From Dehalococcoidia bacterium (lineage in GTDB: Bacteria > Chloroflexota > Dehalococcoidia > Bin125): DNA of 64,000 bases. The stretch lies in contig CAXXSR010000002.1 in assembly GCA_963662615.2 (NCBI GenBank), positions 192,001 to 256,000 of the forward strand, read 5' to 3'. The notes under the pieces were generated by a model, which was not told the origin of the DNA, searched no databases, and worked only from the letters and a program-made list of their open reading frames with translations. This document shows, one piece after another, positions 17,696 to 26,376 of this stretch. Positions within the stretch are counted from its first letter, which is position 1. Each line of letters opens with the position of its first letter. The position numbers and the translations under genes were made by a program.

Positions 17696-17882
17696 GCCCG
17701 CACCTTACTCTTCGTTGACTAGCGCTGAGCCGACATCCGCTGCCGTCCCTACACGATACCGCGCCGCTGAGCGAGTCGGTTCCGCTCCTTTCGCGTCCGA
17801 GCGGGGTGGGCGCGCGGTGGACGGCGCGCGCGGCGCGTGGGTAGGCTCCCGGCATGGCGAGCGACGAGATGAGCGCGACGGC

Positions 17883-18230
17883 ATGAGCGCCCCCGACTGC
17901 CTCTTCTGCAAGTTGGTCGCGGGCGACGTCGCCAGCGAGCGGCTGATGGAGAACGAGCAGGTCCTGGTGATTCGTGATATCCAGCCGCGCGCTCCGGTAC
18001 ACCTGCTCTTGATTCCGAAGGAGCACATTGCCGACGCCCGCGAACTGACGGTCGAGCACGGTCCTCTCCTGGGCCGGCTCTTCGTGGCGGCGGGGCAGGC
18101 GGCGCACCTGGAAAGGGTCGATGGGGACGGCTACCGGCTCGCCTTCAACGTGGGCGAGGCGGCGGGCATGACTGTGCCCCATCTCCATCTGCACCTGCTG
18201 GGCGGCCGGCGTCTGGGGCCCGAGGGGTGA
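17883..18230 (+). CDS. Histidine triad (HIT/Hint) nucleotide-binding protein
   Basis: DCLFCK, DIQPRAPVHLLLIPK, HLHLHLLGG; ATG 17883. Confidence 0.93.
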   Translation: MSAPDCLFCKLVAGDVASERLMENEQVLVIRDIQPRAPVHLLLIPKEHIADARELTVEHGPLLGRLFVAAGQAAHLERVDGDGYRLAFNVGEAAGMTVPHLHLHLLGGRRLGPEG

Positions 18231-18880
18231 CGGGCGGGGCCGCGACGACGGGGCGCGCGGAGCCGCCGCTGGTGCAACTTTTTCGCGAGCGCGCCGAACG
18301 GCTGCCCGCAGGGCTGCGTGAGCACGTGGTCCGCGTTGTGGGAGAGGCGCGGCGGTTGGCCCCGCTGTACGACCCTGACCTCTTTGAGCTGGACCTGGCA
18401 GGCGTGGAGGCTGCGGCCTGGGGGCACGATCTCTATCGGGCGCACGCCGACGCTGATCTCTTGGGGCTGGCGGAGCAGCTGGCGATCCCGGTGTCGGCGG
18501 CAGAGCACGCGGTACCGATGCTCCTACACGGGCCGGTGGCCGCCGTGATGGCGGAGGCTGAGTGGGGTGTGACCGACGCCGAGGTGCTGGAGGCGATTCG
18601 CTGGCACACGACGGGGCGCGCGGGCCTGTCGGCGCTGGCGATGACGGTCTTCCTGGCCGACAAGATCGAGCCGGAGAAGGTGCGGGCCGATCCGGGCTTG
18701 CTCCCGATCCGCCGCCTGGCCGAGCGCGGTCCCGAAGCGGCGCTGCTGGCGTACCTGGAGCGCCAGATCGCGCGGCAGATCAGCACGGGCGGCGTGCTGC
18801 ATCCCGCCAGCGTCGAGGCGCGCAACGCCCTCCTTCTGGCCCTGCAGAGCACGGGTCCGGCAGAGCACGACGGGGCGTGA
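18227..18880 (+). CDS. yqeK: YqeK-like HD-domain Ap4A hydrolase
   Basis: HVVRV, GHDL, LLHGP, AIRWHTTG, FLADKIEP. Confidence 0.8.
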   Translation: MTGGAATTGRAEPPLVQLFRERAERLPAGLREHVVRVVGEARRLAPLYDPDLFELDLAGVEAAAWGHDLYRAHADADLLGLAEQLAIPVSAAEHAVPMLLHGPVAAVMAEAEWGVTDAEVLEAIRWHTTGRAGLSALAMTVFLADKIEPEKVRADPGLLPIRRLAERGPEAALLAYLERQIARQISTGGVLHPASVEARNALLLALQSTGPAEHDGA

Positions 18881-18907
18881 CGATGAGCGGCGCCGGCGCC
18901 GACGGGC

Positions 18908-20098
18908 TTAGCGAGGAGGATCGCGGTCGGGAGGGTTGCGGAAGGCGTCAATGCCGCCCGGTTTCTTGCGCCGTCGCAGGCGCGGCAGCCTCCGCCTACC
19001 GAGACCGGGGCGGAGCGAGAGCGGGCTCCGTATGCGCGCGCGTCGAGCGGGGGGAACCGGGAACTCTAGGAGGTTGGTGTCGGGAGTTGCGGTGGTATCG
19101 AGCGGGGGTGGGCGGTGGGGCTGGCGTTGGCTCTGGCGGTGGCGGCGCGCGCCGAAGCCGAAGCCGAAGCTGGGGGGCAGGTTCCAGGTGGGGCCGATGG
19201 CTCCGGCGGGCGCGCGCCAGCGGCCGATCAGGAAGGGGTAGATGAGAGCCATGCCGGCCACGAAGCCGCCGATGTGGGCGAACCAGGCGGTGCCGCCGCT
19301 GCCGACAGCATCGCCGGCGATGGAACCGACGCCGCTGATCAGGTTGAGGAGGAACCAGAAGCCGATCATGAGCGGCGCCGGAATGACCGCGGGGATAAAG
19401 AAGATGATGGGGATCAGGACCTGGATCATGGAGCGGGGGAAAAGGAGGAGGTAGGCGCCGAGGACGCCGGAGATGGCGCCGCTGGCGCCGATCATGGGCA
19501 CGAGGTCGCCGCTGTCGATCAAGATGTGGGCGGCGACGGCGGCGTACCCGATGACCATGTAGAAGAGGGCGAAGCGGACGTGGCCGAGGCGGTCTTCGAC
19601 GTTGTCGGCGAAGACCCAGAGGAAGAGCATGTTGCCAATGAGGTGCAGGAAGCCGCCGTGCAGGAACATGGCGAAGAGCGGCGTGAGGAGGAGGAGGATG
19701 AGGCCATCGAAGAGTTGGACGCCCTGCAGCTCCACCACGTCGTGGGACGTCGAATTGCCGTCGATCTCGCCGGTGATGAACTCGGGGACGGCACCGAACC
19801 GCAGCGTGAACTCGTCCCGCGGTGAAACGGGATAGCGGACGAACACGTCCGACCCTAGCCGACGAGGGAAGACGAACTCGCCGGCGCTTTCGAGACGCGG
19901 ATCCGCCGCGGCGATCGCCTCTGCTGCTTGGGGGCTTCCCGCTTCGGTGATGGCGGCGTCGTCGATGATGAAGACAGCGCGAGTCGGGGTATCGTTCATC
20001 ACGAACATCAGCAAGAAGACGAGGACGTTAATGACGATAAGCGCCCTGGTGACATAGGGCGTCGTGGTGCGCCACTGGCTGTCGCGGATGGGAATCAT
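18908..20098 (-). CDS. Rhomboid family intramembrane serine protease
   Basis: MFLHGGFLHLIGNMLFLW, GASG (Ser), WFAHIGG (His). Confidence 0.93.
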   Translation of the reverse strand: MIPIRDSQWRTTTPYVTRALIVINVLVFLLMFVMNDTPTRAVFIIDDAAITEAGSPQAAEAIAAADPRLESAGEFVFPRRLGSDVFVRYPVSPRDEFTLRFGAVPEFITGEIDGNSTSHDVVELQGVQLFDGLILLLLTPLFAMFLHGGFLHLIGNMLFLWVFADNVEDRLGHVRFALFYMVIGYAAVAAHILIDSGDLVPMIGASGAISGVLGAYLLLFPRSMIQVLIPIIFFIPAVIPAPLMIGFWFLLNLISGVGSIAGDAVGSGGTAWFAHIGGFVAGMALIYPFLIGRWRAPAGAIGPTWNLPPSFGFGFGARRHRQSQRQPHRPPPLDTTATPDTNLLEFPVPPARRARIRSPLSLRPGLGRRRLPRLRRRKKPGGIDAFRNPPDRDPPR

Positions 20099-20306
20099 GC
20101 GAGCCGGGACGCTCCCCTGCCGACGTGCGACGCGAGCGGTGTCATCTCATCGTAGCCGAGGCGGACGTCGTCCCGGCCGGCAGCGGGGCTTGGCATCGGG
20201 ACAACGGTGATGACCAGCGCCAGCGCCACTGCGACGGGAGAGCCGCTGGGGCGGGAGAGCCGACGTCGCGGGCGAAGCTGGCGGCGCGGTTCGGGCGGGG
20301 GCAGGG

Positions 20307-21224
20307 CTAGGCCGCCGAGGAGGGGTGAAGGCGAGCCGTCCCGGCCGAGGCGGTGTCCGCGAGCGGATCGGCGAAGATACGGGCAAGCACGTCGATGCCG
20401 TCGAAGGCGCGGGGCCCGGGACGACTGAACCAGGCGCCGGCGTCCACGGCCCAGACCGCGCCCTCCCTCACGGCCGGCAACTGTTGCCAGGACGGATTCG
20501 TCTCGAGTTGGCGCGCCTGCTGCACGACCTGAGGCTGGCTGAAGCCGCAGGGGAGCAGGATGACGACGTGGGGCTGCGTCTCGGCGATGGCATCCCAACT
20601 GGTCCGGGCCGACTTCTCGCCGGCGCGGCCGATGACGTCGATGCCGCCGGCGGCCTCGATCTGCTCCGGGACCCAGTGCCCCGCCGTGAAGGGCGGGTCC
20701 AGCCACTCCAGGGCAAGGACGCGTAGCAGCGGCTGCGGGGCAGTCGCGCGGGCGCGGGCGACGCGCGCGCGGAGAGCCGCCGTGACCTCCCGAGCCGCCT
20801 TGCCGCGGCCGGCGGCGTCGCCGACCTGTTCGATGGATTCAAAGATGCCCTCCAGGGTCAAGGGCGAGAGGGTGAGGACGCGCGCGCCCAGCTCCTCTTC
20901 GTGAGCGGCGCGGTGGACCTGGCTTTCGCTGACGGCGCAGACGTCGCAGAGGGCCTGGGTGAGGATGAGATCGGGGGCGAGGCGGCGCAGGAGGGGGGCG
21001 TCGATGGTGTAGGTGGAGCCGCCCTCGTGGAGGAGGGCGGCGACGGCACGGTCGATCTCGGCGGGGCGCATGTCCTGCATGTTGATGGCGGTGCGGGTCA
21101 GGACAGGGCGACCGACCACGGCCGGGGGGTAGTCGCACTCGTGGGAAACGCCGACGACTGCGTCGCCCAGTCCCAAGGCGAAGGCGATCTCGGTGGCGCT
21201 GGGGATGAGGGAGGCGATGCGCAT
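20307..21224 (-). CDS. Cobalamin/iron-complex ABC transporter substrate-binding protein (BtuF-like)
   Basis: RIASLIPSATE, GVSHECDYP, TQALCDVCAV, LEWLDPP, FSRPGPR. Confidence 0.85.
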   Translation of the reverse strand: MRIASLIPSATEIAFALGLGDAVVGVSHECDYPPAVVGRPVLTRTAINMQDMRPAEIDRAVAALLHEGGSTYTIDAPLLRRLAPDLILTQALCDVCAVSESQVHRAAHEEELGARVLTLSPLTLEGIFESIEQVGDAAGRGKAAREVTAALRARVARARATAPQPLLRVLALEWLDPPFTAGHWVPEQIEAAGGIDVIGRAGEKSARTSWDAIAETQPHVVILLPCGFSQPQVVQQARQLETNPSWQQLPAVREGAVWAVDAGAWFSRPGPRAFDGIDVLARIFADPLADTASAGTARLHPSSAA

Positions 21225-21545
21225 TGCCGGCTCCTGGTAGTGGCGTCAGGAGGACCGCCCCGAGCATAGCGGTCGCGGGGAGATCCACTTCGCCCCCCTC
21301 TCTAGGGGCGGGCGATGGAGAGGGGACGCTGTGGGTCCGCCGGTGGAGCGCTGGCGACGCTGATGTCAGGGAGGTTCAGGACCGACATGGCGCCGCGGGA
21401 GCTTCGGGGGCGGGCGGCCGTGGCTGGGGGCTCTGGGTCCGGCAGGGAAGGGAGAGCCAAGACGAGATGAGACTCGCCAGCAGTAAAGCGGTCGTAAACT
21501 CCGTCACAATCGCTGTTGTAGTCGACAATATTGGCCACTTCTCGG

Positions 21546-21575
21546 TTGACAGCCTGATCAGCGCCCCTACACACT
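21546..21575 (+). promoter_or_regulatory. Candidate sigma70 promoter upstream of the riboswitch
   Basis: TTGACA-N18-CACACT in a locally lower-GC stretch. Confidence 0.4.
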
Positions 21576-21640
21576 GTTCAGGAAATCACAAAGTGTGGCG
21601 GCGGTGGGATCGGTCGGTTACCGGGACCGCTCCCGCGCGA

Positions 21641-21756
21641 TGTACCGAATCCTTCCAGCGGGAAGGACCGGGGGACCCGAGTCGGATGGGGTGAATTCCG
21701 CGCAGGCGGATAGGGCTCACCAGCCCGAACCCGGCAGCGAACCCCGGAGGCGCAGG
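21641..21756 (+). ncRNA. c-di-AMP (ydaO/yuaA) riboswitch
   Basis: Ordered conserved blocks ccGAATCC...GGaccGGGGGACC...GGGGTGAAT...TAGGG...CCCGAACCCGgCAGCgAACCcCGgAGGC match the recalled ydaO consensus; not run through Infernal. Confidence 0.85.
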
Positions 21757-21812
21757 CGGGTGTGGGGCGGCGGCGAGCGACCGGGAGTTCGCGGAAAGAG
21801 AGGGCTCCGTCC

Positions 21813-22022
21813 ATGGCCGTGCTATCACCCCCCCACTGTCCCCGCTGTTCCGGATCCATGCTGTCAGAATCAGACGCGCACGGGGCGTACAGCAGCTGCC
21901 TGGCGTGCGGATACGTCTACGAAAGTCACGTCATCTCCGTCTTTGAGCTGGAGCAGGAGCAGACGGTTGAAGAGGGGCGCCAACGCCGCCGCCAGCCGTC
22001 GCACGGGAAGCTCCGTCTCTAG
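21813..22022 (+). CDS. Small Zn-ribbon protein downstream of the c-di-AMP riboswitch
   Basis: CPRC...CLACG, basic C-terminus; RBS gagagg before ATG 21813. Confidence 0.75.
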   Translation: MAVLSPPHCPRCSGSMLSESDAHGAYSSCLACGYVYESHVISVFELEQEQTVEEGRQRRRQPSHGKLRL

Positions 22023-22251
22023 CCGCGTCCCCCGTTGAGGTTCCTGTCTGGCCGGGGCTGCGATTGCCTTCCCAGTCGTTGCGGGGAGGGCGACCCTGTG
22101 GGTGCGCCGGCGGCGCCTGAGGCACTGTCTGAGGCGGTGCCTCAGACAGTGGCGGCTCGGACATGGCAGCGTCGAGAGAGTTCGCCTTGGGGGTCGCTGC
22201 GGGGGTCGGCCCGTGAGCCGAGCGGCCCAAGGGGGTTGCCGCAGTGGCGCA

Positions 22252-22311
22252 TAGGGAGCCCAGGGGGCGGTTTTAGGAGGATGCACTAGGCGAGGTAGGC
22301 CGATCCCTGAT
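22252..22311 (+). promoter_or_regulatory. 22-bp-phased half-sites ending in a 6-5-6 imperfect palindrome
   Basis: TAGG at 22252, 22274, 22296; GTAGGC-CGATC-CCTGAT at 22295-22311. Confidence 0.45.
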
Positions 22312-22409
22312 ATGCGACCGGGGGAGCGCCAGGGAGAATGGCGCTCAGACGGTCAGGGAAGACGCGGCCGAAATCGGCTGCGGGACCCCAGAGGAAAGGC
22401 TGCGTCACC

Positions 22410-22613
22410 ATGGTGCAATGCCGCCACTACTGGCTTCTTTCACCACCGCAGTCTGACAAGGTGATCGGCCACTGCAAGCGGTGCGATTCGGAGCGGATCT
22501 TTCCTGCTCGTCTGGACGACACGGACCGCAGCAATGACTACCTGGACCTGGCGGGGGGATCTGCCTCCTCAAGGGACCTGGCAGGGTCGTGGAGCGAGCG
22601 TGTCGCGTCGTGA
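22410..22613 (+). CDS. Small Zn-finger-like protein
   Basis: CRHYW...GHCKRC..ERIF; RBS gaggaaagg before ATG 22410. Confidence 0.7.
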   Translation: MVQCRHYWLLSPPQSDKVIGHCKRCDSERIFPARLDDTDRSNDYLDLAGGSASSRDLAGSWSERVAS

Positions 22614-22725
22614 TGGCGCAGGCGCGCGCAAGGATTGCCGGCAGATTGGCCTGGGGGTAGAGTAGCGCTCCCATCAGGGGGCGGGCCCGGGACGAGCGGT
22701 CAGAGATCAGGGAGGCGTAAACGCA

Positions 22726-23463
22726 GTGGATACTCCGCAACCGACGAATGAGCCCGGCCTGAGCGCACCGCGACCGATCCGGGCGCGGGTTCGCGTGTTG
22801 ATCGTGGACGATCACGCGGTCCTGCGGCAGGCGTTGCGATTGCTGCTGGAGAGCCACGACGAGATTGAGGTTGTGGACGACGTGTCCAACGGGCGCGAGG
22901 CGGCGGCGGCGGCGGAAGAGCTGGACCCGGATGTGGTGCTGATGGACGTGGTCATGCCGGGCCTCAACGGCCTGGACGCCACGCGCCAGATTCGCAAGCG
23001 CTGCCCCAACACGCGCGTGCTGATCCTCTCCGGCTACGAAGAGGAGGAGCAGATCATTGAAGCGCTGCGTGCGGGGGCGAGCGGCTACCTGATCAAGGAA
23101 TCGGACATTGGCGAGCTGCTGCTGGCGATCCAAGCGGTGTCGCGCGGGAACACGTACTTCTCGTCGTCGCTGTCGGAGCGCGACGAGGGCAACGATTTTC
23201 TCCTGCGAGCGCGCAGCGGCGACGCGAAGGCGGGCTTCGATCGGCTCACCGATCGCGAGCGGGAGGTGCTGCAACTGATTGCGGAAGGCCATTCCAATCA
23301 GTCGATTGCGGATCAGCTGGTCATCAGCGTGAAAACGGTGGAGGCGCACAAAGCGCACATCATGAGCAAGCTGGGGGCTCGGAACCGCACGGACCTGATC
23401 CGGTACGCGATCCGGCGGGGCATCATTCGCTTGGACCCGGTGCCGCGGCTGCAAGCCGGCTAG
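22726..23463 (+). CDS. NarL/FixJ-family response regulator (REC + LuxR HTH)
   Basis: IVDDH, VLMDVVMP, LTDREREVLQLIAEGHSNQSIADQLVISVKTVEAH. Confidence 0.95.
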   Translation: MDTPQPTNEPGLSAPRPIRARVRVLIVDDHAVLRQALRLLLESHDEIEVVDDVSNGREAAAAAEELDPDVVLMDVVMPGLNGLDATRQIRKRCPNTRVLILSGYEEEEQIIEALRAGASGYLIKESDIGELLLAIQAVSRGNTYFSSSLSERDEGNDFLLRARSGDAKAGFDRLTDREREVLQLIAEGHSNQSIADQLVISVKTVEAHKAHIMSKLGARNRTDLIRYAIRRGIIRLDPVPRLQAG

Positions 23464-23481
23464 ATCCCCGAGCCGTCCCTC

Positions 23482-23778
23482 GTGAGCGATTCCAGGGCCG
23501 TTTCGATGCCGACTATCCTCATCGCCAGCGCCATGCCCGCGGGCTGGCTGGGCATCCAGCTGCGGCGCCTGGAGCGCTTGCTGTCGCTGCAGCGCGCCCA
23601 TGCGGAAGAGTTGAACGCGAGCGGGCACCGCCTCCTCCAGCAGGCCACGTTCACCACGTACATGGAGTGTCGCGAGCTGGGCGGGGAGCAGCTCGCCGCC
23701 GAGATGCTGGCGGCGCATCAGGCGAGCGTGGGAGCGGACCTCAAGTCCGGCGCGGCGCCCTCAGCGAGGAGCGGCTAA
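23482..23778 (+). CDS. Hypothetical helical protein
   Basis: ORF follows the regulator and is followed by a terminator; start uncertain. Confidence 0.55.
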   Translation: MSDSRAVSMPTILIASAMPAGWLGIQLRRLERLLSLQRAHAEELNASGHRLLQQATFTTYMECRELGGEQLAAEMLAAHQASVGADLKSGAAPSARSG

Positions 23779-23819
23779 CCGCTCCGCCTCAGCAACCACC
23801 GCCTTCGCCTTGTTGCCAA

Positions 23820-23843
23820 CGCCCGGCCAGCCGGGCGCTTTTG
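23820..23843 (+). terminator. Rho-independent terminator
   Basis: cgcccggc-ca-gccgggcg followed by cttttg. Confidence 0.6.
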
Positions 23844-23881
23844 ATCTCTGCCGAGCGTTGCGGGGGAGCGCGGGGCGAGCC

Positions 23882-23942
23882 ATTGGGGGCGCGCGCCAGA
23901 GCGGTCAGGGCACAGGGGCAAGAGCCTCGGGAATCTCCCAAT
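23882..23942 (+). promoter_or_regulatory. 22-bp-phased half-sites upstream of flbD-motA
   Basis: ATTGGG 23882, GTCAGG 23904, CTCGGG-AATCT-CCCAAT 23926-23942; CATACT -10-like box downstream. Confidence 0.45.
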
Positions 23943-23969
23943 GTGGAGGCGCAGGCACCCGCTCACATA

Positions 23970-24014
23970 CTGATGGCATTGACGCTGATGACCTTGGCGC
24001 TGATGCCGTTGGTG
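23970..24014 (+). repeat. 3 x 15-bp imperfect tandem repeat in the flbD leader
   Basis: ctgatggcattgacg / ctgatgaccttggcg / ctgatgccgttggtg. Confidence 0.65.
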
Positions 24015-24086
24015 GGGGCGACCGTGTGCTTGCGCGGAAAGACCGCCCCTGACTTGGCATGATTGCAGTGAAGTGCTGGAGGCGGC

Positions 24087-24323
24087 GTGATTGAGCTGAC
24101 GAGGTTCAACGGCGCGTCGGTCTGGGTGAATCCGGACCTCCTGCAGTACGTGGAGGCGAATCCGGACACGCGGATCACGCTGACGACGGGGACGAAGTTG
24201 GTGGTGCTGGAGGAGCCGGGAGTGATTGTCCAGCGAGTAGCCCTGTACCGGCGGTCGTTGTTGCAGGACCAGCTCAGTCCGGAAGCGGCATTCAAGTTGT
24301 TGCAACGGTCGGAGGACGCCTAG
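24087..24323 (+). CDS. flbD: Flagellar FlbD/SwrD family protein
   Basis: IELTRFNG...VNPDLLQYVEANPDTRITLTTG.KLVVLE; directly upstream of motA. Confidence 0.9.
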   Translation: MIELTRFNGASVWVNPDLLQYVEANPDTRITLTTGTKLVVLEEPGVIVQRVALYRRSLLQDQLSPEAAFKLLQRSEDA

Positions 24324-24326
24324 GCG

Positions 24327-25124
24327 ATGGATACGGCGACGCTGATCGGCCTGCTGCTGGGATTCGTTGGCGTTTTTAGCGGCAACATGATGGAGGGCGG
24401 CTCGCCGACGGCGCTGATCAACATGCCGGGGTTCCTGATCGTGGTGGTCGGATCGCTGGGGGCGGGGATCATGGCCGTGCCCATGGACACGGTCAAACGG
24501 CTGCCGAAATACATGGGCAAGGCGTTTAAAGAGCAATCGGTGGACACGGCCAAGATCGTGCCGCTGTTCGAGAAGATGGCGGACAAGGCGCGTCGAGAGG
24601 GCCTGCTCTCCTTGGAGGAGGAGGCCAACAACATTGATGACGAATTCACGCGCAAGGGGATGCAGCTGATCGTGGACGGGACGGACCCGGAGGCGCTGCG
24701 TGAGATCATGGAGACGGAGATCACCTCCATGGAGGAGCGCCACCACCAAGGCAGCGGCTTCTTTGAGATCATTGGCGGGTTCGCGCCGACGCTGGGGGTG
24801 CTGGGCACGATCATGGGGCTGATCTCGGTCCTGAGCCACTTGGACGACAGCGCGAACTTGGGGCACGGCATTGCCGTGGCCTTCGTGGCGTCGTTCTACG
24901 GCGTCTTCACCGCGAACCTGATCTGGTTGCCGCTGGCCAACAAACTGAAGCTGAAGAGCAAAAAGGAAGTGCAGATGCGGGAGGCGGTGCTGGAAGGCTT
25001 GATGGCGATTCAGGCCGGGGACAATCCGCGCATCGTCAAGGACAAATTGCAGGGCTACCTGGCACCGTCCGACCGGGGCGCCGCTGAGGAGGCAGAGACG
25101 GCGGCCAGCGCGGAGGCGGCGTGA
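24327..25124 (+). CDS. motA: Flagellar stator MotA
   Basis: ARREGLLSLE, APTLGVLGTIMGLI, AIQAGDNP. Confidence 0.96.
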   Translation: MDTATLIGLLLGFVGVFSGNMMEGGSPTALINMPGFLIVVVGSLGAGIMAVPMDTVKRLPKYMGKAFKEQSVDTAKIVPLFEKMADKARREGLLSLEEEANNIDDEFTRKGMQLIVDGTDPEALREIMETEITSMEERHHQGSGFFEIIGGFAPTLGVLGTIMGLISVLSHLDDSANLGHGIAVAFVASFYGVFTANLIWLPLANKLKLKSKKEVQMREAVLEGLMAIQAGDNPRIVKDKLQGYLAPSDRGAAEEAETAASAEAA

Positions 25125-25885
25125 GCAAGCGGGCCAAGAAGGCCGAGGCCCACGGCGGCGACGAGCGCTGGCTGATCACGTACGCGGACCTGGTGACCCT
25201 CCTGTTCGCGCTGTTCATTGTGCTCTTTGCCTCAGCCGAGCCGAACGGCGACAAGCTGGCGCGAACGGCGCAGTCGATCTCGGAAGCGTTCAACGTCGGC
25301 ATTCTCAGCGGCAGTGGCGGGGCCGGTTCCCTGTTCGACGAGGACGGTGGGACCGTGGCGCCGGATTTTGGCACCGTGGAGCGCAAGGAGTTCCAGCTGA
25401 TCAGCGACGAACTCACGGAGGCGGCGTTGGAGCTGCAGGTCTACGAGCAGGTGCAGGTGCGGTTGTCGGACGAGGGGATCGTGGTGTCGCTCTCCAACAA
25501 CCTGCTGTTCGCTCCGGCCAGCGCGGTGATGAACGACGACGCGCGCCCGCTCTTGGATCGCGTGGGGGCGACGCTGGCGGGTCTTCCCAACTTGATCCGG
25601 GTGGAGGGGCACACCGACGACATTCCGGTGAACTCGGGCGAATTCGCGAGCAACTGGGAGCTGTCCACGTCGCGGGCCACCGCCGTGTTGCGCTACTTGG
25701 TGGACACGAGCGGCGCGACGCCGAGCCGCATCCACGCGGCCGGGTACGCCCATTTTCAGCCGGTGGCCGACAACGCGACGCCGGAGGGGCGGGCGCAGAA
25801 CCGACGAGCGGACATTGTGATTCTGTACTCGACTGCGGCCATCGGCAGCGAGGCGGGGGCCAGCATCCCTGTGGGGGAGGAGTAA
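25121..25885 (+). CDS. motB: Flagellar stator MotB
   Basis: WLITYADLVTLL (conserved Asp), OmpA-like EGHTDD...SNWELS...NRR. Confidence 0.96.
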   Translation: MSKRAKKAEAHGGDERWLITYADLVTLLFALFIVLFASAEPNGDKLARTAQSISEAFNVGILSGSGGAGSLFDEDGGTVAPDFGTVERKEFQLISDELTEAALELQVYEQVQVRLSDEGIVVSLSNNLLFAPASAVMNDDARPLLDRVGATLAGLPNLIRVEGHTDDIPVNSGEFASNWELSTSRATAVLRYLVDTSGATPSRIHAAGYAHFQPVADNATPEGRAQNRRADIVILYSTAAIGSEAGASIPVGEE

Positions 25886-25888
25886 ACC

Positions 25889-26374
25889 ATGCTCGCAAAT
25901 CGCACGGTGCGCATGGGTCTGGTGGGCGTGCTGATCGTAGTGATCGGCTACATGTTCGTGCTGCCGCGGATGCAATCAAGCGACGCGGAGGCGGCCGTGC
26001 CGGAGCACCCGAACCCGGGACCCACGTACACGCTGGAGGCGAAGGTCTACAACTTGCTGACGCCGGCGGCGCAGACTCAGCGCTACTTGAAGGTGGGCAT
26101 GGTGTTCGAGTTTGAAGCGGAAGATCCAGCGTTCTTCGAACTGGAAGGGGAGGCGCTGGCCGTGGAGCTGGAACATTTCGCGGAGACGTTAGCGCCGAAG
26201 CGGCCGATCCTGGAGGACGCCGTGGGCGGCCTGGTCGCCAGCAAGACGCTGGACGATATTTCGACGGCGCTGGGGCGACAACAGTTCAAGGACGAACTGA
26301 GGGAGGCGGTGGGGGAGATTGTAGGGGAACCCCAGCTTCTGACCGTGTATCTGACCGAGTTCGTGTTCCAGTAG
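25889..26374 (+). CDS. fliL: Flagellar basal body-associated FliL
   Basis: N-terminal TM, YNL...RYLKV, C-terminal VYLTEFVFQ; lies between motB and fliM. Confidence 0.85.
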   Translation: MLANRTVRMGLVGVLIVVIGYMFVLPRMQSSDAEAAVPEHPNPGPTYTLEAKVYNLLTPAAQTQRYLKVGMVFEFEAEDPAFFELEGEALAVELEHFAETLAPKRPILEDAVGGLVASKTLDDISTALGRQQFKDELREAVGEIVGEPQLLTVYLTEFVFQ

Positions 26375-26376
26375 CC

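Noticed and set aside
17883-18880. HIT plus YqeK as a novel nucleotide-signalling or defence pair
   Set aside because: Both are common housekeeping nucleotide hydrolases; no effector or mobile context
18908-20098. Rhomboid as a rhombosortase for the Gly-rich tails
   Set aside because: The tails lack the TM helix of GlyGly-CTERM substrates and the rhomboid sits among housekeeping genes; no support beyond proximity
21225-21540. Cobalamin riboswitch upstream of the BtuF-like gene
   Set aside because: No B12-box or conserved core blocks found by eye on the minus strand
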